Assembly: GCA_963703955.1 (NCBI GenBank)
Contig: CAVPGK010000026.1
Coordinates: 1 to 64,000 of the forward strand
Origin: Nitrospirota bacterium
GTDB lineage: Bacteria; Nitrospirota; Nitrospiria; Nitrospirales; Nitrospiraceae
DNA: 64,000 nt
Direction: 5' to 3'
Positions 31,147-42,086 of the stretch are shown here, one piece after another; the stretch's first letter is position 1, and the number at the start of each line of letters is the position of its first letter. The position numbers were made by a program, and so were the translations under genes. The notes under the pieces were generated by a model. The model made no database searches and was not told the origin of the DNA. It was given only the letters and a program-made list of their open reading frames with translations.

Positions 31147-33346
31147 ATGACACTGAATGTACAAGATGACATTGAGCGAGTGATACGAGCGGAGCATTGG
31201 GATCCGTTTTCAGTTCTCGGCCCTCATCCTATCATCGGCAATCGACAATCCTCGGTAATCGTCCGCGCATTTGTGCCGGATGCCGTGGACGTGTCGGTAG
31301 TGATAGACGGAGGCGACTCGCGACCGATGACACGAGTTCACCCCGACGGGTTTTTTGAAGCCACGTTGTCTCCGGCCTCTCAGGGTCGTCCTTATCGACT
31401 GAAGGTATCGGATCGGTGGGGAGGTGTGACCGACCGGCATGACCCCTATGCTTTTCCAAACGTCGTGTCCGACTTCGAACTCCATCTGTTTGCGGAAGGG
31501 AAGCTTTTTCGAGCGTATGACCTGCTTGGGGCACACGTCCAGACCATCAAAGGAGTCATCGGCGTCCGGTTTGTCGTGTGGGCCCCGAATGGGATGCGCG
31601 TGAGCGTAGTGGGAGATTTCAATGGATGGGATGGCCGGCGCCATCCGATGCGAAGCCGTGGTGGGAGCGGTCTCTGGGAATTGTTTATTCCGGACATTGC
31701 AGAGGGTGCTGCCTATAAGTACGAGATACGGCCGCGGGATCATGACACGCCGTTATTGAAAGCCGACCCCTATGCCTTAGCCGCGGAACTGCGTCCAAAA
31801 ACCGCGTCGGTGATTCGAACACTTTCGTACACGTGGCATGACCAGCGATGGATGGAGCAACGGGCAACTCGCGATCTGTTGGCCGAACCCGTCTCGATCT
31901 ATGAAGTTCATCTGGGATCCTGGATGCGGGTGCCGGAAGAGGGAAACCGGTGGCTCACCTATCGCGAATTGGCTTCGAAACTGGTGGCGTACGTGAAAGA
32001 CCTCGGCTATACGCATCTCGAATTGATGCCGGTCACGGAACATCCATTCGACGGATCGTGGGGTTACCAGACCACGGGGTATTTCGCACCCACCAGCCGT
32101 TTCGGACCGCCCGAAGATTTCATGGCCTTTGTCGATGCCTGCCACCAGGCGGATGTCGGCGTTATCTTAGACTGGGTGCCCGCCCACTTCCCCGACGATC
32201 CGCATGGTCTGGCCGGGTTCGACGGAACCCATCTCTATGATCACCAGGATGCACGCCTCGGCTATCACCCGGAGTGGCATAGCCGGATCTTCAACTTCGG
32301 ACGAGTGGAGGTGCGAAATTTTCTGCTCAACAGCGCGCTGTTCTGGTTGGATCGCTATCACATCGATGGTCTCCGAGTGGACGCGGTGGCGTCCCTGCTG
32401 TATTTGGACTATTCGCGGAAACACGGGGAATGGATTCCAAACCGGTTCGGCGGGAATGAAAACTTGGAGGCCGTCGATTTTATTAAGGAGTTCAATGCCC
32501 TGGTGCATAAAGAACATCCGGGAGTCCTCACGATCGCGGAAGAGTCCACTGCGTGGCCGGGCGTGTCTCGACCGACCTATGTGGGCGGGTTAGGCTTCAG
32601 CCTCAAATGGAACATGGGCTGGATGCACGACACGCTCGAGTACTTTAGCCTTGATCCGGTCTATCGCAAGCATCATCAGAACAAGATCACGTTCGGGTTG
32701 ATTTACGCCTTCAGTGAGAATTTTGTGCTGGTGCTCTCCCATGACGAGGTCGTGCACGGGAAGAAGACCCTGCTCGATAAAATGCCCGGAGATCACTGGC
32801 AGCAGTTTGCGAACCAGCGTGCCTTGTTCGGGTATCTGTACGGGCATCCGGGGAAGAAAATGCTCTTCATGGGCGGGGAGTTCGGGCAGTGGTGGGAATG
32901 GAACCACGATGAGAGCTTACAGTGGCATCTTCTCCAGCACGAGCCGCATCGGGGTCTCCAGCGGTGTGTCGCTGACCTGAACCACCTCTATCGAGCCGAG
33001 CCCGCCCTGCACCAGGTCGATTTCGACTGGTCGGGGTTTCAGTGGATTGATTTTAGCGATGCCGATCAGGGTGTGATCGCCTTCCTGCGACGGACTCGTG
33101 ATCACGCCCAGACCGTCGTGTGTGTCTGTAACTTCACGCCCGTCCCTCGCACCGGCTATCGTATCGGGGTACCAACGCCGGGCTGGTACCGTGAACTGTT
33201 CAACAGCGATGCTGCGATCTACGGCGGAGGGAACGTGGGTAATGGGGGCGGACGTACCCGCCGAGGCGATTCCGTGGCATGGCCACTCCCATTCACTTCT
33301 GCTCACCTTGCCGCCGCTGGCGGTGGTCTTCTTTAAGCGGTCGTAA
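31147..33346 (+). CDS. glgB: 1,4-alpha-glucan branching enzyme; one extra base near 33253
   Basis: [34 protein letters not shown]; the C-terminus ([10 protein letters not shown]...LTLPPL) continues in another frame. Confidence 0.93.
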
Positions 33347-35186
33347 GGTACAGAACTGCCGCGAAGGCCGGGAGACTCACCGGGACGTGATCAGGAATGA
33401 CGATCGATGCCGGTGATGATGGATGATCGGTTCCGCCAAACGAGGGGTGCCGGCTGTCGAGTCGTAAGCTCCATGTTCCTTTCGGTTCACGCAGGGTCAT
33501 GGTCATCGCCTGTTCATTGAATCCAAGAAGGAGCAGCGCCTCCGGTCCTTGTTGTGCCCAGCGATGGACGACCAGAACGCATTCGTTGGGATAGATCCAC
33601 ACGCGGATACCGTGGGTGTCACTATCAGCGGCTCCAAGCGCGGGAATCGTTTTTCGGAGACGAATGAGTTCAGCGTACCATCGAAAAAGCGCCGCTTGGC
33701 CCTCGTCCTTGGGCAGTCCCGGACGGACGCGTGAACGATCGAACGTGGCCGGGCTCTGCGGGTCGGGCACCTCCTTCCATCCGAAAGCCGCGAATTCCCT
33801 CCGCCGTCCTTGGCGCACGGCTTCAACGAGTCCAGGGTCCCCATGGTCGATGAAATAAGGGAATGGAGCGGTCTCGCCGTATTCTTCTCCCATAAAGAGA
33901 AGCGGAGTCTGAGGAGCCAGCAGAAGAGCCGCAGCTGCAAGCTTCAGCGCCTCGGGAGGCACCAGAGTCGTGAGGCGATCTCCAAAGGCACGGTTGCCGA
34001 TTTGATCATGATTCTGGGTGCAGATGATCAGTTGGGACGGCGGTCGTTCCCGGACGGAATTTCCGTGACGCCGTCTCCGGTGCGATGAGCGAATTCCCGA
34101 GTAGACAAAGCCTTCTTGCAAAGCGGTGGCGATCTGCTCAAGGCGACCGAAATCTTCGTAGTACCCTGCTCGCTCCCCGGTCAGCACCGTGTGGAGCGCA
34201 TGATGAAAATCGTCGCTCCACTGACCGTCCAATCCATGGCCGCCCGCGTCGGGAGGCGCGATCACCCGCGCGTCATTCAGATCGCTTTCGGCCATGACCA
34301 GAATCGTTCGGTCTAGCCGCTCACCTTCACGATGCACCGCCATGGTGAGTTCATGAAGGATGTGGCACGCGCTGAAATCATAGATGCCATGGATGGCGTC
34401 CAGCCGCAGGGCATCGATATGGTACTCCGTCACCCAATACAAGGCATTGCTGATGACATAGTGACGGACTTCATCGCTGTCGGGTCCGTCGTAATTGATC
34501 GCGCGGCCCCACGGCGTCCGATACCGATCGGTGAAATAGGGGCCAAAGTCTTCCAGATAATTTCCTTCGGGCCCCAAATGGTTGTAGACGACATCCAAGA
34601 TCACCGCGAGTCCACGTGCGTGGCACGCATCGACCAATTGTTTCAAACCGTCCGCCCCGCCGTAGTTTGATTGCGGCGCAAAAGGATACACCCCGTCGTA
34701 CCCCCAGTTGCGTGACCCGGGGTATTGCGCGACCGGCATCAATTCGATCGCCGTGACGCCAAGCTCGTCTCGCAGGTACGTGAGATACGGAATAACTGAT
34801 TCGAACGTGCCTGTTTTCGTAAAGGTTCCGACGTGGAGTTCATAGATAATGAGCCGATTCATGGGGACTCCGGTCCACTGCTGATCGGACCAATGAAATG
34901 AGGTTGGGTCGAACACCATGGATGGTCCGTGGACACCGTGCGGTTGCGAACGCGAGGCGGGATCGGGCCGTTCGTTCTGGCCATTCAACACATACCGGTA
35001 GAGCGTTCCCGGCTTGAGGTGGCCCACGGTGACCTCGTAATACCCGAGGTCGAGTTGACTCATCGGAATAGGCTCACGCGCATCGTCCATCAGACGGACC
35101 GCCATCGCCTGAGCGTAGGGCGCCCATACCCGAAACCGAACGGTCGATGCATCCAACAATAGGGCTCCAAGATCGAGATGCCACAT
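33333..35186 (-). CDS. treZ: Malto-oligosyltrehalose trehalohydrolase
   Basis: [42 protein letters not shown]. Confidence 0.95.
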   Translation of the reverse strand: MWHLDLGALLLDASTVRFRVWAPYAQAMAVRLMDDAREPIPMSQLDLGYYEVTVGHLKPGTLYRYVLNGQNERPDPASRSQPHGVHGPSMVFDPTSFHWSDQQWTGVPMNRLIIYELHVGTFTKTGTFESVIPYLTYLRDELGVTAIELMPVAQYPGSRNWGYDGVYPFAPQSNYGGADGLKQLVDACHARGLAVILDVVYNHLGPEGNYLEDFGPYFTDRYRTPWGRAINYDGPDSDEVRHYVISNALYWVTEYHIDALRLDAIHGIYDFSACHILHELTMAVHREGERLDRTILVMAESDLNDARVIAPPDAGGHGLDGQWSDDFHHALHTVLTGERAGYYEDFGRLEQIATALQEGFVYSGIRSSHRRRRHGNSVRERPPSQLIICTQNHDQIGNRAFGDRLTTLVPPEALKLAAAALLLAPQTPLLFMGEEYGETAPFPYFIDHGDPGLVEAVRQGRRREFAAFGWKEVPDPQSPATFDRSRVRPGLPKDEGQAALFRWYAELIRLRKTIPALGAADSDTHGIRVWIYPNECVLVVHRWAQQGPEALLLLGFNEQAMTMTLREPKGTWSLRLDSRHPSFGGTDHPSSPASIVIPDHVPVSLPAFAAVLYLTTA

Positions 35187-35219
35187 AACAGGTCCTCCCG
35201 GTTCGTAGTCTGCCAGAAC

Positions 35220-35234
35220 GCAAACCGTCTGCCA
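35220..35234 (-). promoter_or_regulatory. Candidate sigma54 (-24/-12) promoter for treZ
   Basis: TGGCAGACGGTTTGC, GG-N10-GC spacing, about 34 nt upstream of the ATG. Confidence 0.45.
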
Positions 35235-35345
35235 ACTATTGGGAACAGTCCTATAGAAAAAACGGATTTTTGCCGGTAGAAGACTTGGCTGATGCCTGTC
35301 ATCCAGACTATGCTGCAAGACTAAGGGTCTCAGAAGGAGGTGATG

Positions 35346-35669
35346 ATGGCAAGGCGACGAACCGCGACGGAAGGGAAAGCCAAACAACCATCCCGACAGC
35401 GCGCCGACGTTCATTCGGGGTCCCATTCATCGTCACGAACTTCCCAGACTGCGGGGGACGGCGAAAGTGATCTGGCTGAGGGTCCGATAGAGCGAGCGAA
35501 GGAACGCGAGGCCAGGTCCCCTTTGAGCGACGAAGAGTTCAACTCGCGAGTCGCCAGGAAGGCGTTCGAGTTGTATGAACATCGGGGCGGGATCGGCAAT
35601 GATATGGAGGACTGGCCGGAAGCCGAACGGCTGGTCAGAGAGAAGCTCAACGAAGCGAGACGACCATGA
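35346..35669 (+). CDS. DUF2934-domain protein
   Basis: [13 protein letters not shown]...DMEDW.EAER; AAGGAGG RBS; ATGA overlap with glgX. Confidence 0.75.
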   Translation: MARRRTATEGKAKQPSRQRADVHSGSHSSSRTSQTAGDGESDLAEGPIERAKEREARSPLSDEEFNSRVARKAFELYEHRGGIGNDMEDWPEAERLVREKLNEARRP

Positions 35670-37814
35670 GAATTTGGAGAGGGCAGTCATACCCGCTCGG
35701 AGCAACCTGGGATGGGGAGGGGGTGAATTTCGCGCTTTTTTCGGAAAATGCGACGAAAGTGGAACTCTGTTTGTTCGATGAACGCGATGCAACCAAAGAG
35801 ACGCACCGCATTCCGATTGAGGAGCGGACCGAACTGGTCTGGCACGCCTACCTGCCTGAGGTTCGTCCGGGGCAGTACTATGGATATCGCGTGTACGGAC
35901 CCTATGAGCCCGAGCAGGGTCATCGGTTCAATCCTGCCAAGCTGCTCATCGATCCATATGCCAAGGCTATTTCGGGAACCATCGAATGGTCCGATGCCGT
36001 GTTTGGATACCGAATCGGCGACCCCGCGGCGGATCTTTCACGTGACGATCGTGACACGGCTGCGAACATCCCCAAAGGTGTGGTGATCGAGGAAGCCTTC
36101 ACCTGGGGAGGCGATAAGCTTCTGCGTACGCCTTGGGAACAAACGATCATTTACGAACTGCACGTGAAAGGGTTCACGGCGCGTCATCCGGACGTCCCCG
36201 AAGAGCAGCGAGGGACCTACGCGGGGCTCGCCTCTCCTCCGGCCATTGATCACCTGAAGTCGTTGGGGGTCACGGCCGTGGAACTGCTGCCGGTCCATTA
36301 CTTCGTCCGGGACAAACACCTCGCCGACCGTGGGCTGATGAACTATTGGGGCTACAACTCTATCGGGTTTTTCGCGCCAGACATCCGATATGCTACCTCT
36401 CCGGTTCGCGGTCGGCATGTCAGAGAATTCAAGACGATGGTCAAAACGCTCCATAGCGCCGGAATCGAAGTGATCCTGGACGTGGTCTACAACCATACGG
36501 GGGAAGGCAATCATCTAGGGCCGACCATTTCGTTTCGCGGGATCGACAACGCAGTCTATTACCGTTTAGTCGCGGACAACCGCCGGTACTATATGGATTA
36601 CACCGGCACCGGCAATACGCTGAACGTCGCCACCCCCGGACGCTCCAACTGATCATGGACAGCCTGCGCTATTGGGTATTGGAGATGCACGTGGACGGGT
36701 TCAGGTTCGATCTCGCCTCTGCGTTGGCGCGCGAGCTTCACGATGTCGACCGGCTGAGCGCTTTCTTCGACATCATTCACCAGGACCCGGTCATTTCTCA
36801 GGTGAAGCTCATTGCCGAGCCGTGGGACGTGGGCGAAGGGGGCTATCAGGTGGGTAACTTCCCGGTCGGCTGGGCGGAATGGAACGGGAAATATCGGGAT
36901 ACCGTCCGCGCTATTGGAGGGGAGATGAGCAGTCAGGTTGCGGAGACTGGCCTATCGCGCTTTACCGGCAGCAGCGATCTGTACGAAGATGCACGGGAGG
37001 CGCCCGCATGCGAGCATCAACTTTCGTGACCTCGCATGATGGGTTCACGCTGAACGACCTGGTGTCCTATAACCAGAAACACAATGAGGCGAACGGCGAA
37101 GAGAATCGGGACGGCACCGATGACAACCAAAGCTGGAACTGCGGTGCCGAAGGCCCGACCGACGACCCGGAAATTTTGGCTCTGCGGGAACGGCAGAAAC
37201 GGAACATGCTCGCCACGCTGCTCTTGTCGCAGGGAGTTCCAATGATTTGCGGCGGCGATGAGATCGGTCGAACGCAACGGGGGAACAACAACGCCTATTG
37301 CCAGGACAACGAATTCAGTTGGTATGACTGGAAACTCGATGGGTCGGCGCGCTCGCTCTTGGCATTTACGCAAGAGATGATCGCGCTGCGTCGGGATCAG
37401 CCGGTCCTGCGCCGGCGCCGGTTTTTTCAAGGACGACGCATCCGCGGGTCTGAAGTCAAGGATTTGGCGTGGTTTCGGCCCGATGGGAAAGAAATGACGG
37501 ATGAGGATTGGAACCAGGGCTATGTCCGCTCCTTAGGACTACGGTTGGCAGGGGATGCCCTCGAGGAAGTAGATGATAAAGGCCGGCGAGTTGTCGGAGA
37601 AACCCTGCTGATTTTGGTCAATGCCCACCATGAACCCTTAACTTTTACGCTTCCGGCACATAAGCGCGGGGTTCGTTGGGAACATCTCCTCAGTACGGAG
37701 GGGCCTGAGAAACAGAAACGGGTCACGACCTTGAAGGGAGGCGCTTCGTACGAGCTGGAGGCGAGGTCCATGGCGGTTCTTCGGCTACGGAGCCAGGATC
37801 GAAAATCAATGTAG
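35666..37814 (+). pseudogene. glgX: Glycogen debranching enzyme with several frameshifts (likely consensus errors)
   Basis: [38 protein letters not shown] and GNNNAYCQDN split over three ORFs; indels near 36628 and in 36905-37026. Confidence 0.9.
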
Positions 37815-38030
37815 CAACTTCCGGGTGTTCTTGTTTTTATTCGGATTCCAAAACACTAGTAGTAGGACCAAGGTCGGGTTGACTCGTGGTCAGTGTTTTT
37901 GTTACATTTGCGCTCCATCATCCTACGTTCTATTCTTCAGGATGTTTTTCTCGTTCCGTTCTTTTCTCGAACTGGCTGGGTCCGATAGTTGAGTCGCTTC
38001 GTTCGATGTATGGTAGTAGCGGGAAGGGGT

Positions 38031-38687
38031 ATGAGCTTGAGAAAACAACCTCATCTTTGGGCGCTCGTGCTCGGGTGTAGTCTGACGGTCGGCGCGTGCT
38101 CGAGCTTGCCCAAAGGCCAGGCCGATCTGGACGTCGGCATGAAGGAACGCGGTATTGCCTCATGGTATGGCGACGACTTTCATGGATGGGTAACCGCCAG
38201 CGGTGAAATCTACGACATGCATGCCTTGACCGCCGCGCACCGAACGCTCCCCTTAGGGACCGTCGTGCGGGTGAGGAACGTGGTGAATGGGCGGCAGGTC
38301 ACGATCCGTATCAACGACCGTGGTCCTTACGTCAAGGGGCGGATTCTGGATCTATCCTATAAGGCCGCACAGGAATTGAACATGGTCAGAGACGGCGTCT
38401 CGGCCGTCTATCTGGAAGTGATCAGTCATCAAGGCTTGGAATCGCTAGCCTCCGACCATCATGTGTTGAAGGGGCGCGAGTATGCCGCCATCGAACCCGC
38501 TCCGGTGGGGACCGATCAAAGCCTCGGCAAGGCCGTTAACCGGCTGATTCCGGTGACCTCACGAAACGACCGTCGCATGCGTCAGAGTCCCGGCGATGTG
38601 CTTCGTGAGCGACGCGTTCGTCGGGTCGGGGATGTCCTTGTGGCCGGCCGACGAGTCGACGTTGTTCCAGCGTTGGAACTTTGCTGA
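38031..38687 (+). CDS. rlpA: RlpA-family lytic transglycosylase lipoprotein
   Basis: Lipobox VGAC; GIASWYG, TAAHRTLP, RINDRGP, DLSY.AA. Confidence 0.88.
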   Translation: MSLRKQPHLWALVLGCSLTVGACSSLPKGQADLDVGMKERGIASWYGDDFHGWVTASGEIYDMHALTAAHRTLPLGTVVRVRNVVNGRQVTIRINDRGPYVKGRILDLSYKAAQELNMVRDGVSAVYLEVISHQGLESLASDHHVLKGREYAAIEPAPVGTDQSLGKAVNRLIPVTSRNDRRMRQSPGDVLRERRVRRVGDVLVAGRRVDVVPALELC

Positions 38688-38796
38688 CCTCCCACTCTGT
38701 TTACCTACCTTCTTTTTCTCCGTGTTGACACTACTGACTTGTGTCCTCTAAACTCAAAAGTCTTCGTATCCAACAGATCACTTCCTAATTGGGAGC

Positions 38797-39021
38797 ATGA
38801 CGTTAATGGCAAAAACGCCGCCGCTAGAAACCGATCTCGCTCGACTCAAGGAAAAGGTAAGAACGCGAACTGCCGGGACCGACAGCCCTGAAGGTGATCC
38901 CAAACTTCGGGCTTTGCACAAACGGCTGAAACGTGTTCAGCGGAAACGCCGGAGTCAAGCTACAAGGAAGCGGCATGCGTTGGGAAAAGCAGAGTCGGCG
39001 GCGAAGGAGCCCAACGCCTGA
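38797..39021 (+). CDS. Small basic hypothetical protein
   Basis: 74-aa ORF with a GGAG RBS; TTGACA-18 bp-TAAACT upstream. Confidence 0.6.
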   Translation: MTLMAKTPPLETDLARLKEKVRTRTAGTDSPEGDPKLRALHKRLKRVQRKRRSQATRKRHALGKAESAAKEPNA

Positions 39022-39080
39022 GATCCTGGTGAATTCTTGTGAGTGTCTGATCGCTCACCACAAGCGCGTAGGGGACACGT

Positions 39081-39902
39081 ATGAGTAACGAGAACACACA
39101 CTCGGAAGATCGCGCATTAGAAACACCGGAGACCGGAGACGAACTGACCGATCAGGTCTCCGAGACCATGATCAGGCCCACGGAACCCTCGACCACGGAG
39201 CCGGAGGGCGCCCAGTTGCCTGAAGAGGCGGTCTTTGAGGTAGAAAAGGTCAAGGATGAGATCGAGATTCAGATCGACCTGCTAAAGGATCCAGACTGGG
39301 CCGTTCGGCGCGAGGCGGTCATTACGCTCGGCGAAATGGGAGATGAGCGATGCGTCGAGCCGCTCGTTCGTGCCCTACGGGATGGCGATTGGCAGGTTCG
39401 TGAAGTGGCGATCGAAGCGCTGGGGATGGTTGGGTCGCCGGCCGTCGATGCACTCATCAAATTGCTTCGCGACTGGGATGTGCGGAAGTACGCCATACGC
39501 GCACTCGGAAAGATCAGAGACGAGCGGGTGCTGAATCCTCTCATTGCGCAACTGCGGAATGATGAGTTCAATGAAGACGCCACTGAAGCGTTGGTTGAAC
39601 TGGGCAAGCCGGCCGTGGTCAAGCTTGTCGTTGCACTGAAAGACAAAGATGAGAATACCCGCAAGCAAGCAGTCATCGCGCTGGGGCGGATCAAGGATCC
39701 GGACGCACTTGATTCACTGATCGAGATGCTCCAGGATAGTGATTGGTTTATCCGCTTGACCGCCGCGGCTGCGTTGGAAAAGGTCGGTGATGAGCGGGGA
39801 CGCGAAGCGATCAAGCTGCTGCTGAAAGACCCCGATCTGGTCGTGAAGATGCGCGTCGAGCGGATTTTGGCAGCGTGGAAGAAGCGAGCCGCTAACGCCT
39901 AA
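39081..39902 (+). CDS. HEAT/PBS-lyase repeat protein
   Basis: Repeated L.D.D..VR..A..ALG units. Confidence 0.88.
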   Translation: MSNENTHSEDRALETPETGDELTDQVSETMIRPTEPSTTEPEGAQLPEEAVFEVEKVKDEIEIQIDLLKDPDWAVRREAVITLGEMGDERCVEPLVRALRDGDWQVREVAIEALGMVGSPAVDALIKLLRDWDVRKYAIRALGKIRDERVLNPLIAQLRNDEFNEDATEALVELGKPAVVKLVVALKDKDENTRKQAVIALGRIKDPDALDSLIEMLQDSDWFIRLTAAAALEKVGDERGREAIKLLLKDPDLVVKMRVERILAAWKKRAANA

Positions 39903-39968
39903 GAGTTCACTGTTCGAGGGTTGACGTTGTCAAGGCTCTGACTTCCGACTCTGAACCTCCAACTCGCT

Positions 39969-40403
39969 TCATTGCGCTGCCAGCGCATCTACTTCCTTTT
40001 GAATATCATCTAACCGCGTACGAGCCACCATTTTGCCTGCGGACAGGTCCTGTCGAGTATCTCGGATTTTGATGATTAGCGCGTTGATATCGGAAGTGTG
40101 CCCGCTTTTTGTGCCCGCATCTCTTGCCCGCTCTAAATTTACGATCACCTCTCCCAGTGCCCTCGCGGCGCTTCCGTAGTTTCGATCAAAGAGGTCGGAT
40201 TTCGCCTGGATCACCTGCGCTTTGGCGTCCACTAATCCCTGACGGGCCCTAAGATTGCGCTCCATCCCCGCCGTGGTGTCGAGGACGTTGCGGGAGAGAT
40301 CGGTCACGGTCTTGCGCAAGTCACTGAGCGGCCGCTGGCCGGTGTAGTAGCCCAGCGCAAAGGCCAGGGTGAACAGCATGAGCAGACCAAGAAATTTCAA
40401 CAT
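39969..40403 (-). CDS. Membrane-anchored helical hypothetical protein
   Basis: N-terminal TM helix; AAGGA RBS. Confidence 0.7.
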   Translation of the reverse strand: MLKFLGLLMLFTLAFALGYYTGQRPLSDLRKTVTDLSRNVLDTTAGMERNLRARQGLVDAKAQVIQAKSDLFDRNYGSAARALGEVIVNLERARDAGTKSGHTSDINALIIKIRDTRQDLSAGKMVARTRLDDIQKEVDALAAQ

Positions 40404-40425
40404 GAGGTCCTTCAGCCTGAGATCG

Positions 40426-41796
40426 TTATGACGGACGGCTTGGAACCGTCTGAAGCAAGCCGCCTGCGGCAGCAATCCGAACGGCCACGTCCGAATCCTG
40501 AAGAGATTTTTTCAGTAGTTGAATGGCGTCCTCGCCGCTGAGCTTACCGAGTGCTCGCACGGCCATCAACCGCGGTTGCGGCTGTAGGTCCTGACGTAGT
40601 AGATCCAACAGCGGCAGGACATGTTTGCTCCGCGCCTGGCCCAATGCCTGGGCGGCGGCGCTCCGAACGGATGGGTCAGGATGTTTGGCCAAATCAGCGG
40701 CGATGAGTGTCGCCTCGCTGTCCCCCAGTCGCAGTAGTCCTTCAACCGCACCGGCACGGACCAATTCATCCGGGTCCTTCGCGGCCTGCCAAAGGATCGC
40801 ACGAGTCTGAGCAAGTTTGAGGCGCCCCAAGCTGGCCGCGGCGATGCTCCGAACGCGTGGATGCTCATCACTGATGGCGTGGATAAGCGCAGCGGCTCCG
40901 TCTGGATTGCCGTAGTCGCCCAGCGCGCCAGCGGCGAATGCTCGTACGGAGGGATCTGGGTCGTAGATCGATTGGGTCATCAGAGAGAAACCGGCCGGGC
41001 GCCTGAGCCGTCCCAGCACACCCAAAGCAGCCATGCGCGTATCGGGATCCGGCAGTGTGGCGGCACTGAGAATTTCTGACAGCGCCTGTGATCGTCCGAG
41101 CTTGACCAAGGCAGCCAGGGCGAACACATGCGTGGCTCCCTCCTCGGCTTGTGCGATTCGGGCGATGAGATCCGACGTGCTCGGATCGCCGATCTCACCC
41201 AGCGCGTTCAGCGCCGCGATCCGGACAGCCGGAGCGGCGTCCATCAATGTCCGTTTGAGTGACGACGGAGCCACGGCCCGTTTGGAGGTCTGCGACGAAA
41301 TGACTCGACCCATTCCCTCCGCCGATCGGGCGCGAACCATGATGGATGAATCGAGTAACCCGTCCTCCTGAAGTGGGATCATATCCGGGTCGATGAGATC
41401 AGCTAGAGCGGTGTAGGCGGCAATGCGGAGGTATTCTTCTGAATCACGCACCCGGCTGGTAATAAACGCTTTTGCCACTCGACGGAGCAGGGTCTGGTCA
41501 TCGCGGTGTCCGAAGGGGACGAGCCGAGTATAAGTGCTAAAGGCAGGCTCAGGCCGGCCCAGTTGCAGGTAACTCAGCACCCCGACCTTCAGCACCTCCT
41601 GAGAAGGATCCTGGCCAGTCGGAAGGGCGTCGAGAGAGGCGATGACCTGATCATAGCGACCTTTTTTAAAGGCTGAGAGGATCTCGCGTTGTGGTTTGGA
41701 AGGAGCTTCGCGTGTGGCGGAAAGGGCCGTCGCCATGGGAAGAATCAGAAGCGAGATGCCGATTACACGAGACCGTAGGAGCGGTCGTGCCACCAT
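40426..41796 (-). CDS. Exported HEAT-repeat protein (start uncertain)
   Basis: Signal-like N-terminus, multiple D.D..VR..AA.ALG repeats. Confidence 0.8.
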   Translation of the reverse strand: MVARPLLRSRVIGISLLILPMATALSATREAPSKPQREILSAFKKGRYDQVIASLDALPTGQDPSQEVLKVGVLSYLQLGRPEPAFSTYTRLVPFGHRDDQTLLRRVAKAFITSRVRDSEEYLRIAAYTALADLIDPDMIPLQEDGLLDSSIMVRARSAEGMGRVISSQTSKRAVAPSSLKRTLMDAAPAVRIAALNALGEIGDPSTSDLIARIAQAEEGATHVFALAALVKLGRSQALSEILSAATLPDPDTRMAALGVLGRLRRPAGFSLMTQSIYDPDPSVRAFAAGALGDYGNPDGAAALIHAISDEHPRVRSIAAASLGRLKLAQTRAILWQAAKDPDELVRAGAVEGLLRLGDSEATLIAADLAKHPDPSVRSAAAQALGQARSKHVLPLLDLLRQDLQPQPRLMAVRALGKLSGEDAIQLLKKSLQDSDVAVRIAAAGGLLQTVPSRPS

Positions 41797-42086
41797 GACA
41801 AGCCGATTCCACACGGGCGAGCATCTTAACATCGAGAAGTGGCTTGTCAAGGGATCGTCGATCCTACTGAATTCACTTCTACCACAAATTTCATCGAGGG
41901 AGCCGGCGCAATGTTGATAGGAGAGAGGGCTGACGATACTTCCATAGCGGGGTGATATGGAGTCACCGATCTGTCGAGCGTACGGCGGTCGGTGGCAACA
42001 GGCTGGCGAGGCGCGAACGGATCGGTCGAGTCGGAGCATTCCTGAAGGCGGCCCGCAGTGCCTGCCGATGACCTCGTGGCAACGCC

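Noticed and set aside
36620..37030. Programmed frameshifting in glgX
   Set aside because: Multiple irregular indels with no slippery site.
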